Shown here one piece after another: positions 8,787 through 18,400 of a DNA stretch of 64,000 nt (the first letter of the stretch is position 1; the number at the start of each line of letters is the position of its first letter). The notes below the pieces were generated by a model. It did no database searches, had not been told where the DNA came from, and worked only from the letters and a program-made list of their open reading frames with translations. Made by a program: the position numbers and the translations under genes. The stretch comes from a virus. Location of the stretch: positions 75,584 to 139,583 of IMG/VR virus record IMGVR_UViG_3300031754_000001; one strand, given 5' to 3'.

Positions 8787-11048
8787 CTATCGGCTGAGCC
8801 GGTGCAGGGTGCGGTCTTTCGACGGCTGCTTGAGCGGCAGCCAGGACGGCCCGCGGATGTGCCCCCGGACCGGGGTGATGCGGATCGTCTGCCCGTTGGC
8901 CAGGCACACCGCGCAGATGTCGTGGTCATCGTCATCGGCGTAACCGGTACGGCCGGCCGGGACTGCCTCGTGCCGCCGGCGCCTGCCCTCGCCGTCCTCG
9001 TCGGTGTAGGGATCGATATGCCGGTGAAAATCTGCCACCCACCACTTGCAGGTCCGGCTGACGTCGCGGTGGCCGGGCAGCTCGTCGCTGATATAGGTGA
9101 TCCGGCGCAGGGTGATAACGTGCACCTGGCTGCCGTGCTTGAGCGACTTCTGCGCCCGGCGCGCGGTGTGCGGGCTGGCCGCCGGAGTGCTCCGCGTCGC
9201 GGTCAGCTCCATCACCAGGTATGCCCACAGGATGTGGATAAGCGCGATCATGGCCTCGCCCTGCGCCTCGAACCCGGAGTTAACGGTGAACCGGCGGTCG
9301 AACGGGATCACCGAGATGTGCTGCGGGACGAGCTGCCCGGTCAGGCTGGCCGCCCGGTCCGCGCGCCGGGGATCATCCCAGCGGCCGAACGCCACATCGT
9401 CGCTGATCAGGGTCCACAGGATGACCCGGGCAGCATCGACGGAGGTCATCCGGCCATCCGGACCCGGATAGGCGACGGTGACTTTCTCCCAGGACAGCGC
9501 GCGGAACGGCATGAAGTACCCGGACGATTCCAGCATCACCCAGGGCCGGTCCAGCCAGGCGAACCCGGCGTGACCAGGCAGCTCGCCGGCGTCCAGGTAA
9601 GCGATGCCGAGCCCGATCCGGTCGAACACCTCCCGCATCCTGGCCACCATCGGGGCGGTCACCTGGTAGGTCCGCGCCTCGCGCAGGCTGTGCGCGATGA
9701 TCCCGGCGAACTGGGCGCCCTCATCCGGCCCGGCCGGGACCTGGCTCAGGTCGGCCGGCCAGAACATCAGGGCCGACCGGTCCGGGTCATCCCACTGAGC
9801 CTGGGAATCGCGGATCAGGTACCCGAGGTAGTCGGCCAGGTCACCGCTGCCTGAGGCGTAGTGCCGGGCCAGCCAGGCGTGCATGTCGAGTACCTGGTCC
9901 GCGGTCCAGCTCGTCCGCACCGGGATGGCCTGCGCCTGCGCGGCGTCGCGGATCAGATGGCGGGGGTCGGAATTGGCGATCAGCTGCCGGGCACGCTCGT
10001 GGCTGGCTTTCAGCGCTTCCTCACGGCGGTGCGCGGCAGTCAGCGCCCTGGCGATTTCCGGGGCCAGCCGGTTCAGTTCTTCCCTGCCAACGCCGGCGGC
10101 CAGCCGCGCGGTCAGGCCGGGGGAAGCCGCCTCCAGCACCCGGGCAAACCGGGCCGATTCCTCGCTGACGCCCTCCACCGTGACCTCGGAATAGCCCTTG
10201 TGCTCCTGCACCGTGACCTCATCAGGCAGCGGGACACCGGGAACGAGGCCGGCCCGGCCCCTGCGGAGAGCCGCCACGATATCGTCCTCATCCGCCCTGG
10301 CGGTGGCTCCGGCATGCCGGGCGGCCAGCTCCGGCGCGCCTGTCCCGGCTACGGCAGTCCGGGATTCGCCGAGCGTGCGCGGCAGGCCCAGGTCGATGTT
10401 CGCCCCGCGCAGGAGCGCATCGCTCTCCGCAGGGGTCTGCGGCCCGGTAGGCAGGCGGGTCCCGCCCCCGCGCTCGCCGAAAGCCTGGTTCGCGCCACTG
10501 GCGTACCTCGCGGGCAGCGGCTGGTCAGGGCGCCGGAACGCCGCGGGGATCTCCGGCAGGCGCCCTTTCCCGGTTTCCTCCGGGTCGCCGTGGACTATAT
10601 GCCCGCTGGGTCCCGGCTTGATGATCCGCGGATGCAGCTCGTCTTGCTCGCGGTACCCGACCGTGATTTCCCCGGCATCGAAATGCTCCTCGAAAGACAG
10701 CTGGTCCAGCTCGCCGGACGTGATGACCTGGCTCTCGCCAGACAGCCGGAGGTTCTGCCAGACTCTCGCCCCGGCCGCCACCGGGGTACCGTCCTCCATC
10801 ACCATGGGCCTGTTCAAGGTACCCAGCAGTGCCCCGGCGCCATCCGGCCTGCCCTCCTCCGTCGTGATGATCACGTCGATCTCCGCGTCAAGGTCCTTCC
10901 CGCGCAGCGACGGATGCAGGTTCTCCTCAGCCAGGGCGTTGCCCTTCAGCTCAGAGAGCGAGCCGAACCCGCCCTGGGCCAGGGCCGCCTGGCTGCCCGG
11001 GGATTTTTTCCCTTGCCGGCGATCCCGGCGCTTCCGGCCCTTGCTCAC
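8787..11048 (-). CDS. large hypothetical protein
   Basis: 753 aa ORF with GGAGG RBS; C-terminal WWV..FHRH...VRGHIRGP..PL pattern. Confidence 0.75.
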   Translation of the reverse strand: MSKGRKRRDRRQGKKSPGSQAALAQGGFGSLSELKGNALAEENLHPSLRGKDLDAEIDVIITTEEGRPDGAGALLGTLNRPMVMEDGTPVAAGARVWQNLRLSGESQVITSGELDQLSFEEHFDAGEITVGYREQDELHPRIIKPGPSGHIVHGDPEETGKGRLPEIPAAFRRPDQPLPARYASGANQAFGERGGGTRLPTGPQTPAESDALLRGANIDLGLPRTLGESRTAVAGTGAPELAARHAGATARADEDDIVAALRRGRAGLVPGVPLPDEVTVQEHKGYSEVTVEGVSEESARFARVLEAASPGLTARLAAGVGREELNRLAPEIARALTAAHRREEALKASHERARQLIANSDPRHLIRDAAQAQAIPVRTSWTADQVLDMHAWLARHYASGSGDLADYLGYLIRDSQAQWDDPDRSALMFWPADLSQVPAGPDEGAQFAGIIAHSLREARTYQVTAPMVARMREVFDRIGLGIAYLDAGELPGHAGFAWLDRPWVMLESSGYFMPFRALSWEKVTVAYPGPDGRMTSVDAARVILWTLISDDVAFGRWDDPRRADRAASLTGQLVPQHISVIPFDRRFTVNSGFEAQGEAMIALIHILWAYLVMELTATRSTPAASPHTARRAQKSLKHGSQVHVITLRRITYISDELPGHRDVSRTCKWWVADFHRHIDPYTDEDGEGRRRRHEAVPAGRTGYADDDDHDICAVCLANGQTIRITPVRGHIRGPSWLPLKQPSKDRTLHRLSR

Positions 11049-11153
11049 AGCTTCCTCCTCTCCTGGGCATCATCTGTGCTCACCGGCAAGCCGCGCTTCT
11101 CCCGGACCAGTACCCCCGGGCCGGCGCGGAATCGTACGCATCGCGGATCATGG

Positions 11154-11978
11154 CTAAGACCGCCCCCGGGATTCCGGGTACAGCGACTCTGGCGGCGCGA
11201 ACGGGTCCCGCTCATGCGGGTGGCCGTCATGCGCCGTCTCGCCGGCCGCGTGCTCGTGCTTATGCGCGTGCAGGAGACGGCGCCCGTCCGGTCCCGTGTG
11301 ATAGTGATACTGATCGTGCGAGACCAGCGGGTTGCCGTCCCGCTCCCGGGCGATCTCGTCACACCGGTCGGCCTGGGCATCCAGGATCTCGGCGGCCTGC
11401 TGCCGGCCGCTGTTGTGCACCCAGCCGCGAGCGCGACCGGCCCCGGCACGGAACACGCTGGCCAGGTCCGCCCAGTCTCGCGCGTCCGTCGGCATGGCCT
11501 CAGCCCTCCGGATTCTCCGCGGCCGGCATCTCTCCCCGCTCCAGCACGGCGAGGTCCGCGGGATCCGCGTAGTAGTCGTAGTCCAGCAGCTCGCCCAGCA
11601 CCGCGGCGAAGGCGGTCTCGCGCAGCTGCATCAGGTGCTCCTCCTGCGGGCTGGCCCCGGAATTAACGATCCCGGCGGTGGCGAACGGCAGCGGCATGGC
11701 CGCGCTGACGGCAAGGTACGCGTGCCGGACGCTCCTGGTCAGCTCGCCCAGGTCCTGGATCTCGCGGGCCATGGTCTCTCCTTCTCAATCGCTCAGAACA
11801 GCGGGTCTTTCAGCTGGCCGTTCTCATCCAGCAGGTCATCGCACAGCTTGTCAGCCAGCTCGCGGCGGGTCATTGTCACGATCCTGCCGCCTATGCTGAC
11901 TTCGATCTCTTCATCCCACCGCGGGCTGCTCCACAACGGAGAATCCCCGGCGAACCAGTCCTGCGGCCTCGCTGCCAT
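11154..11978 (-). other. three small hypothetical genes (11154-11495 His-rich, 11500-11772, 11793-11978)
   Basis: Each has a purine-rich RBS and tight spacing. Confidence 0.55.
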
Positions 11979-12057
11979 CAGGCCTTCCTTTCCTGCCGGT
12001 GGTCCGGCCCGCCGTCCCGGCTGGATCCCGGGACGGCGGGCTGGCGCTGGTGACGGC

Positions 12058-13377
12058 TCAGCGGGCCAGCCGGGCGGCGTGGGCCATCACGTCCAGCGCC
12101 CTGGCGTCCAGCTCGGCCGCGCGGTCGGCACTGTCCAGGGTCTGGCTGACGGAGGTGACGGCGTTGGCCACCCCGCCGGAGGTGTACGAGCCGCCGCGCA
12201 GGAAATGCGCCAGGATGTCAGCCGCCTCGCCCTGGGTGAACCCGGCTGCCTTGGACACGTCCCTGATAACCTCCTCGGGCTTGCCCACCGGGGCGCCGGC
12301 CAGCGCCTCGATCTCGGTCACCTTGCCGAAGAACCACTCGGGGGTGAGGAACTGCTGCACGGCGTCGGCGGCCTGGCTGGTGATCAGCTCCAGTTCCTTC
12401 TCCATGGTCTCCGCGGACCAGGCGATGATGCCCTCATCCTTGAGCGAGCCGAGGTGCACCGCGCGGTCAGCCGAGGCGGTGAGGGTAAGCCGGTTGCCGC
12501 AGATCTGCACGACGATCTCCGGCGCGATCGAGCGGGCGCCCTCGCCGACGTCGGAGTTGGTGACCTTCAGGCCGGCGAACACGACCGGCTCCTGGCCGGC
12601 CGGGTAGTCCTTGCCCTCGCGCTTAGCCGCGGCCAGCGCCCGCTGCAGGGCCTCGCCTCCGGCACCGAAGTGGCCGGCTTGCAGCTTCATGCCGGGGCGG
12701 TCGCCGTGGCCGGCCCGTCTGACGCCGCCGGGGCCGTCGAACGGGGACCGGTAGCCGTCTAGCAGTTTCGGGGCGTAGGCGGCGATCTCGGGCACTGAGA
12801 ACCGGACGTGCATCCGGCGGTCGGTCAGGTCGGACACGTCGGGAACGGCATTGACCCCGGCCTTGCGGAGCCCGTCCATGACCGCGAGCAGGACGTCCAG
12901 GTTATCGATGATCTTGTACCGGGGGGATAGCACGGCGCGCAGCACGCCGTCCGTTACCTCATCGCCCTTGAGCAGCCGGAGCAGGATCGCCCCGTCGAAC
13001 GGCGGGTAGTTCCGGTCCTCGCCGTCGATGGTCTCGCTGCCGCCGTGCAGGAAGCCGCTGACGTTGGCGTCCCACAGGTCGGTGCGGGCCGGGTCCAGGC
13101 GGCGGAGTTTCTTGAGGTAGCCCCCGTCGATGCCGAGCAGCCCGGCCAGGCCCTCGTCACCGACCGCGGTAGGCCGGTAGACGCCCGCGGCCGAGGTGAC
13201 GCCTTCCTCGCCGACCCACTGGGTGGACTCGCCCGCGGCGACGGTGATGTTCCCGCCGTAGGCATCGATCATGCCGTGGCGGACCACGACGTCCAGGCGC
13301 CGGGCGCGTTGCTCCTGCAGGATGGCGAGGATGTCGGGCAGTCCGGCGTTCCTGGCCTCGGTGACGATCGCTGGCAT
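12058..13377 (-). CDS. DUF932-family protein
   Basis: RAVLSPRYKIIDN, NSDVG.GA, VQICGN and HLG motifs. Confidence 0.75.
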   Translation of the reverse strand: MPAIVTEARNAGLPDILAILQEQRARRLDVVVRHGMIDAYGGNITVAAGESTQWVGEEGVTSAAGVYRPTAVGDEGLAGLLGIDGGYLKKLRRLDPARTDLWDANVSGFLHGGSETIDGEDRNYPPFDGAILLRLLKGDEVTDGVLRAVLSPRYKIIDNLDVLLAVMDGLRKAGVNAVPDVSDLTDRRMHVRFSVPEIAAYAPKLLDGYRSPFDGPGGVRRAGHGDRPGMKLQAGHFGAGGEALQRALAAAKREGKDYPAGQEPVVFAGLKVTNSDVGEGARSIAPEIVVQICGNRLTLTASADRAVHLGSLKDEGIIAWSAETMEKELELITSQAADAVQQFLTPEWFFGKVTEIEALAGAPVGKPEEVIRDVSKAAGFTQGEAADILAHFLRGGSYTSGGVANAVTSVSQTLDSADRAAELDARALDVMAHAARLAR

Positions 13378-13427
13378 GTGGTTCCCTCCGGTAGCGGACT
13401 GATCTCGTGTCTGTGGCTGTCCTATTC

Positions 13428-13457
13428 AGTATACATCTACAATAGCGTCCCTGTCAA
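13428..13457 (-). promoter_or_regulatory. housekeeping sigma (SigA/HrdB-type) promoter for DUF932
   Basis: TTGACA-N18-TATACT on the minus strand. Confidence 0.8.
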
Positions 13458-13497
13458 AACGAGCTGTGCAGCTAGTTTCTGGCAAGGCAGTAAAGAA

Positions 13498-13545
13498 CCC
13501 GGCCCAGGTCAGCGGGGATGCAACAGGAAAACTAACCTGGGCCGG
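13498..13545 (-). terminator. 12-bp inverted repeat, probable terminator
   Basis: CCCGGCCCAGGT...ACCTGGGCCGGG right after a stop codon, followed by T-rich sequence on the minus strand. Confidence 0.5.
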
Positions 13546-13551
13546 GCTGGT

Positions 13552-14559
13552 TCAGCGCCGGTAACGCAGCGTCGTGCATGACTTGTAGTGCTCGTGCAAG
13601 TCCGGGACCTGGCGGTGGCAGTACCCGCACGTGGTTTCCGGCGGGGTGTACTGCGGGCTCGGCGGGTACTTCGCCAGCATCAGCGGCAGCGTCTCGCAGA
13701 CCTCCGCGCCCGGGTACATCTGCTCCAGCCGGTCGCCGATCACCGCCATCCAGGCCTGCGCTGCGTCCTGCGCTGCCCGGATCTCCTCTGCGGAGGGTTC
13801 CGGCGGCTCCGGCGGGGGCGGAACATACCGGGGCGCGCCGCCCAGCGACGGGGGCACCGGGGGAGCGCCGGGGAAGCTGATGACCCTCCCGGTGAAACGG
13901 GGCGCCGGGCGCCAGGGCGAGAGCGGGGCGGACAGGGGCCGCCCGAACATCGCGTCATTGCCGTCCGTACGGGGCAGGTCGGGCTCGATCACGAGCGGCA
14001 GGTGCAGCGCCACGATCTCAGCCTTCTGCGCGCGGAAGCCGAGCGGGCCGGTCAGCACCTGGCCGGAGCCCTCGATCACGCCGACGACGGGCAGCGCGCC
14101 GTCCCGGCCCAGTTCGTGCGGCTGGACCTGCCAGTACGCCCAGAATCCGCAAGCGCACGAAATTTCCGGGATCTCGTCTCCGGTGTGCACCTCGTGCCCG
14201 TACACCGGCTTGCACACGGCCAGGTTCTCGCCTGGCTGCCAGTCACCCCTGGCTCCGCACAGCAGGCGGGGATGCCAGTCCTGCTCTGCGCGGGCCGGGC
14301 TGCGATCCAGCCGCGGGGCGTCCAGCGTCCACCACCGGTAGCCGAAAACGGTCCCGGCGATGAAGTCGGCCCCGTCGAACCCGGACATGCCCCGGACGCC
14401 CGGCTTAGGCCCCGGCGGCTTCAGCGCAAACTGCGGGGGCGGCCATGGCCGGTGCCCGGACACTGTAACGGCACCTCCCCGGGAATACCCGGCCCCGCTC
14501 ACCACGGTCGTGCCTGACGGCTTCTGCGGCGGCGCCCCGGTAAAGATCCAGAGCCGCAT
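13552..14559 (-). CDS. Cys/His-motif phage protein (start uncertain)
   Basis: GYRWW...W.PG...AVC...H...P...CACGFWAY...G.IEG.G...GFRAQKA; C-terminal CxxC..H...C finger. Confidence 0.65.
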   Translation of the reverse strand: MRLWIFTGAPPQKPSGTTVVSGAGYSRGGAVTVSGHRPWPPPQFALKPPGPKPGVRGMSGFDGADFIAGTVFGYRWWTLDAPRLDRSPARAEQDWHPRLLCGARGDWQPGENLAVCKPVYGHEVHTGDEIPEISCACGFWAYWQVQPHELGRDGALPVVGVIEGSGQVLTGPLGFRAQKAEIVALHLPLVIEPDLPRTDGNDAMFGRPLSAPLSPWRPAPRFTGRVISFPGAPPVPPSLGGAPRYVPPPPEPPEPSAEEIRAAQDAAQAWMAVIGDRLEQMYPGAEVCETLPLMLAKYPPSPQYTPPETTCGYCHRQVPDLHEHYKSCTTLRYRR

Positions 14560-14594
14560 GCTGTCAGCGCGGAGTACCGGGGGAAGCTGATGAC

Positions 14595-14732
14595 CTAGGC
14601 AGGGGCCGGGGCTGCAAGTGCAGGGTCCGGCATGACCTGCGGGCCGGGCGCTTCCACCTGGGTGTCCAGCTCGTCGGGCAGTCTCTCGCAGACGACCTTG
14701 CGGATCTGCTCTTTCTCGCCGATGTATCCCAT
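14595..14732 (-). CDS. 45-aa Pro-tailed peptide not in the ORF track
   Basis: GGAGGAG RBS, then MGYIGEKEQIRKVVCERLPDELDTQVEAPGPQVMPDPALAAPAPA*. Confidence 0.6.
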   Translation of the reverse strand: MGYIGEKEQIRKVVCERLPDELDTQVEAPGPQVMPDPALAAPAPA

Positions 14733-14841
14733 GACGTCTCCTCCATAGCAGGACGGCCCGGCGGTACCAGGCCGCGATGACGGTAATCCAGGTGATGACG
14801 AGCAGGACCCAGAGACCGGTTAGGACCGGGGCCATATCAGC

Positions 14842-15729
14842 CTACGACGCCAGGAGTTCCGTGCCGGTCCCGTCGCAGCCGCCCGCAAGCCCGGGAACGG
14901 TCTCGCCCGCGAGCGCGAACCCGGCCGCGGACAGCTGATCGCGGACCTCGGCCAGCGACGCCGGGCCGAAATTCCGGATGCGCCGGAGCGATTCCGCGTC
15001 GTGGGAGATCAGCTCCCCGATCGTGCGGATGCTGCCGGCGCCAGGCCGGCTGTCCGCGGAGAGGTCGCCCCGGAGCAGGGCGTTGTGCGTGCGGACGGTC
15101 AGGTCCAGCTCCCCGATCTCGTCGTCCCCGGTCAGGTCGCAGATCGGGGCGATCTCCTCTTCGTCCGCCTCGGCCGGGCGGGCGGCGACGGCCTCGGCGA
15201 TCGCGCCGCCGAGCACTTCGTCATCCGCGCCGGAGACCATCAGCTCGTACGCGTCCCTCAGCGGCCGGGAGTAGTACACGCGGCCGGACACCGGGTTCTT
15301 GTACCGGATGCCGTGCTCCCGGGCGAAAATCCGCAGGTCCCTGTTGTAATCCAGGCGGCTGCGGCGGGCGTTCTCGTTCTCGTGCGGGGGCAGCGGGGGA
15401 CCGCCGGGGAGCAGGTCACGCGGCGTGCACGGGTCACCCGGGCGGCTCAGCGCCGCGCAGTAGGCGCGCACGGTGCGGGCCTTCGGCTTGCGCCCGCCTG
15501 GCTGGGCTCCCGTCTCGTTCTTGGCGATGGCGTCCCGGCTGACGGTCAGCGGGGAGCCGTCGTCGTCCGTCAGGTTCAGCGCGGTGATCGCGTCCGCGAG
15601 ATCCTGGCGGGACCAGCCGCGGCTTTCCCGCCACCAGGTCAGCCGGTCAGGATCGATGGCGATGCCTGATACCGGCCGCTTCGGGGGCGCAGGCCGCTGC
15701 TCCTGCCTTTCCTGCGTCATGGCTGACAT
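14842..15729 (-). CDS. XRE-HTH + Lsr2-like DNA-binding domain + RNA polymerase alpha-CTD fusion regulator
   Basis: HTH RESRGWSRQDLA..SRDAIAKNETG; LRIFAREHGI..SGRV...AY; IGELDLTVRTHNAL..IRTIGELI..LRRIRNFGPASLAEV. Confidence 0.8.
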   Translation of the reverse strand: MSAMTQERQEQRPAPPKRPVSGIAIDPDRLTWWRESRGWSRQDLADAITALNLTDDDGSPLTVSRDAIAKNETGAQPGGRKPKARTVRAYCAALSRPGDPCTPRDLLPGGPPLPPHENENARRSRLDYNRDLRIFAREHGIRYKNPVSGRVYYSRPLRDAYELMVSGADDEVLGGAIAEAVAARPAEADEEEIAPICDLTGDDEIGELDLTVRTHNALLRGDLSADSRPGAGSIRTIGELISHDAESLRRIRNFGPASLAEVRDQLSAAGFALAGETVPGLAGGCDGTGTELLAS

Positions 15730-16061
15730 GGTATCGCTCCGTGGTTTGCGGGATAATACCCGATGATACGTCCTGATACAGGTAACACCCGGGGCGCAGG
15801 CAGTTGTTCCGGGACTCCTGGCTGGTCACCAGCGTCTGATGGCAATACATGAGGCTGCCCGTCACACGTGTGCACGCGATCAGCGAACGTGATCGTCACC
15901 GGACCGCCCGGCCAGGTCTCATCAGGCGGAAGCAGCCTGGTATCGATCACCTGGTAATACGGCCCGCACTCGTCCTCACCTACGAGAACGCGCCCGCAGC
16001 GGACGCACGTGCGATCCGGGGCAGGGCGGTACCTGCCGTCCCCGGTGAACAGCCTGCTCAT
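15717..16061 (-). CDS. hypothetical zinc-binding protein
   Basis: CVRC...HTC; ATGA overlap. Confidence 0.45.
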   Translation of the reverse strand: MSRLFTGDGRYRPAPDRTCVRCGRVLVGEDECGPYYQVIDTRLLPPDETWPGGPVTITFADRVHTCDGQPHVLPSDAGDQPGVPEQLPAPRVLPVSGRIIGYYPANHGAIPCQP

Positions 16062-16519
16062 ATCGCGTTCCCCGTCGCCGGGTCGTAGTCCGGCTGCAGC
16101 TTGTGCTCGGCGGTCAGCAGGTGATCTTCGCCGGCCAGGTGATGCGCGTACGCCCGCTTGGTCTTGGCCGGGGGATAGTATCCGCCTTTGACCAGCGCAG
16201 TAAGGTTGTACCCCATCGCCTTCGCCCACTCAATCCGGGCCTTGTTGAACTCCTGTACCTCCCGGTTCTTGCTAGCCCGGCTAGCGGCAGGCGTATCAGG
16301 CGTGCCCATCTCACCAGGCTCGTGGCTGGCGTCCAGGAACGGGGCCATTGCCTCGCGCAGGGCCTTGGCCCAGTCCCGCGTCAGGTCTAGCTCGCGGATG
16401 TCCAGCTTGTCCGGGTCCGGGCCGATCGCGAGATAAAGGGTTTCCTCGGCCGGGACGTGCCGGTCAGGCTCCGTGGCCCGGGTCATGTCGCAGCTGCAGA
16501 TGATCTGGATGAACTTCAC
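16058..16519 (-). CDS. Lsr2-like nucleoid-associated protein
   Basis: AEETLYL..RELDL..AKALREAMAPF (dimerisation domain) and IEWAKAMGY...AY (DNA-binding domain); GTG start behind GGAGG. Confidence 0.7.
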   Translation of the reverse strand: MKFIQIICSCDMTRATEPDRHVPAEETLYLAIGPDPDKLDIRELDLTRDWAKALREAMAPFLDASHEPGEMGTPDTPAASRASKNREVQEFNKARIEWAKAMGYNLTALVKGGYYPPAKTKRAYAHHLAGEDHLLTAEHKLQPDYDPATGNAI

Positions 16520-16683
16520 GGGATCCTCCACCCGCCGGGCACGGGCTCGGCCCAGTCCCGGTCGCTGGCCTCGCGCAGGAACACGCGGACGAAATGCTCG
16601 GTCTCGCCCGTCGCGGCGGCAACCTTCTCCGCGGTGACGACCTCGCCGACGTGCTCGTGCAGGTACCTGGTGATGCTGATCAC
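16516..16683 (-). CDS. small winged-HTH-like protein
   Basis: MISITRYLHEHVGEVVTAEKVAAATGETEHFVRVFL...GGWRIP*; GTGA overlaps at both ends. Confidence 0.5.
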   Translation of the reverse strand: MISITRYLHEHVGEVVTAEKVAAATGETEHFVRVFLREASDRDWAEPVPGGWRIP

Positions 16684-17664
16684 AGCACGCCGTCTTTCTG
16701 CTCGTAGCCGCGATTGCCCGTGTCACTGTTCCCGATGGGGATCTTACTGAGATCGAGACTGGGATCTGCACGCGTCATCAGCTCGTCCAGGAGTTCCTGC
16801 CGGTCCGTGGTCAGCGCCGTCAGCAGGCCGCGGGCGTACGCGTCCTCAGCCAGTTCCGCGATCTTCCGGTGGAGCTGCCGGACAGCCCGGTGGCTCATGA
16901 AAGGCCGGGTCTCCAGGTCCTCCAGCCGGGCTTGCAGGTCATCCGGAAGCGGCGGGCGCGGGGCGTTCATGACACGACCGTCCTCTCCTCGCAGAACCGG
17001 GACCGGCCGCTGAACTCGCGGATCTTGCGCATGTCCTCTTCCGAGGCGTACCACTCCGTGGCACCCGGATTAGTCAGCCAGCGCAAAACCGCGGATCCGT
17101 CGCTGAATACACAGGCCTCGGCCACGATCCCGGTAGGCCTGGTGACCTCTGACGGGCCGGGCACCTCACGTACCAGGCTGAGGATGCGGGCAGTCATGGC
17201 GCGATCCAGCGGATGCGCGGATGCCTGGCGTCGCCGTGATCCGCCGCTGCCTGGTTCTGGTGCGACAGGTCGTGGCTCACGTGCAGGAACTGCAGCCTGG
17301 CCGTAATGGACTGCCGGGCATCCCCGGAGTAGGGAGCCGTGTCCAGCAGGTAGAGCAGGCTGTTCCGGCAGAACCGGCAGGACCGCAGGCAGTTCCCGGT
17401 CCGGTAATCGGCCAGGGACTGCTCAGCCACGACCGCGACCAGGATGTCCAGAACTTCCGCGGGCGGAGTGCGGACTTCCGGCCGGGATGCCGGAGAGCCG
17501 AGGATGGCCACCTCTGCCAGGATCTCCTGGATGTCCGGCTCATCATCGGGCCGCAGCCGGAAATGGATGGCGACCTGTTTCGCGGTCAGGGGCTCGGCCA
17601 TGTTCAGCCGGATGAAGTCCCTGATCCTGCGGCGGGTGGAGTAGTCCAGGCCATGCCTGCTCAC
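16680..17664 (-). other. three coupled hypothetical genes (16680-16970, 16967-17197, 17194-17664)
   Basis: Overlapping start/stop codons; 16967-17197 has a GIVAE..FSDG...LRWL pattern. Confidence 0.6.
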
Positions 17665-18227
17665 AGCAGCGTCCCGTCGCCCAGCACCGGCTCGTCGGCG
17701 AACAGCTCGCCGGCCATCAAGACCGTGATGTAGTCGATGACGTCCAGCCGGGTGATCCGCGAGCCTTCCGGCCGGATCTCCCAGATGCTCATGTCGCGCT
17801 TGTACTGGCGGTGCCGGCCGCGCTCCATGAAGATGCCCTGCGCGCCCGTGTAGGTGGTGCGGACGGAGCCGCAGGTGCGCCCGGAGCCGTCCTCGTCGCG
17901 GGTGCAGGTCTCGGTGATCAGGAACGCGCCCTCCTGCTCCGGGGCCAGCACCGCCCGCCATCCCCGCGGCCGGCCGCGGCCCGGGATGAGAACCGGCCAG
18001 GTATGCCCGTAAGCCAGGCAGAGCAGCTGCTGCAGGGTCAGCTTGTCCAGGTAGGCGACGACGGCCGCGCCGAGCCGGGCGGTCAGCATCTTGCGGGTGG
18101 GCAGCCTGGTCTTGCGGCCCTTGCGGCGGGGCGTGCTCCCGGCCGCGGTGACCCGGGGCTCGGTGACCTTATCCGTTTCCGCGATGGCCCTGGCGATCTT
18201 ATCCCTGGCGGACGTGGCTGATGCCAT
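17661..18227 (-). CDS. basic Cys/His protein with an AT-hook-like motif
   Basis: C...GH.W, GRGRPRG, CTR...CGS; first gene after a promoter. Confidence 0.65.
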   Translation of the reverse strand: MASATSARDKIARAIAETDKVTEPRVTAAGSTPRRKGRKTRLPTRKMLTARLGAAVVAYLDKLTLQQLLCLAYGHTWPVLIPGRGRPRGWRAVLAPEQEGAFLITETCTRDEDGSGRTCGSVRTTYTGAQGIFMERGRHRQYKRDMSIWEIRPEGSRITRLDVIDYITVLMAGELFADEPVLGDGTLL

Positions 18228-18267
18228 CAGTTTTCTCCTGGTCTCGGTCTGGGATCTTTGGTATACG

Positions 18268-18284
18268 CTGTCCTATGCAGTCTA
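18268..18284 (-). promoter_or_regulatory. leftward promoter: -10 (TAGACT) plus ATAGGACAG element
   Basis: Same geometry as the 13.4-kb promoter. Confidence 0.55.
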
Positions 18285-18400
18285 CAAGACGCATGAACCA
18301 AGCTATCTATTCCTGCGGGTCACAGCAAGGCTGGCCTTCCGGCACTGCGAGCACGGATTGCGGTCCGGCGCATTCGGCCGGAAAGGCCAGGTGCTCACGG

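Noticed and set aside
263-12762. Long plus-strand ORFs (263-1366, 2413-4080, 9861-11666, 11332-12762)
   Set aside because: Antisense shadows of high-GC minus-strand genes, with no recognisable motifs
14560-14835. N-terminal extension of the 13552 ORF to 14835
   Set aside because: Overlaps a strong-RBS peptide gene in another frame; a later start is more plausible, though unproven
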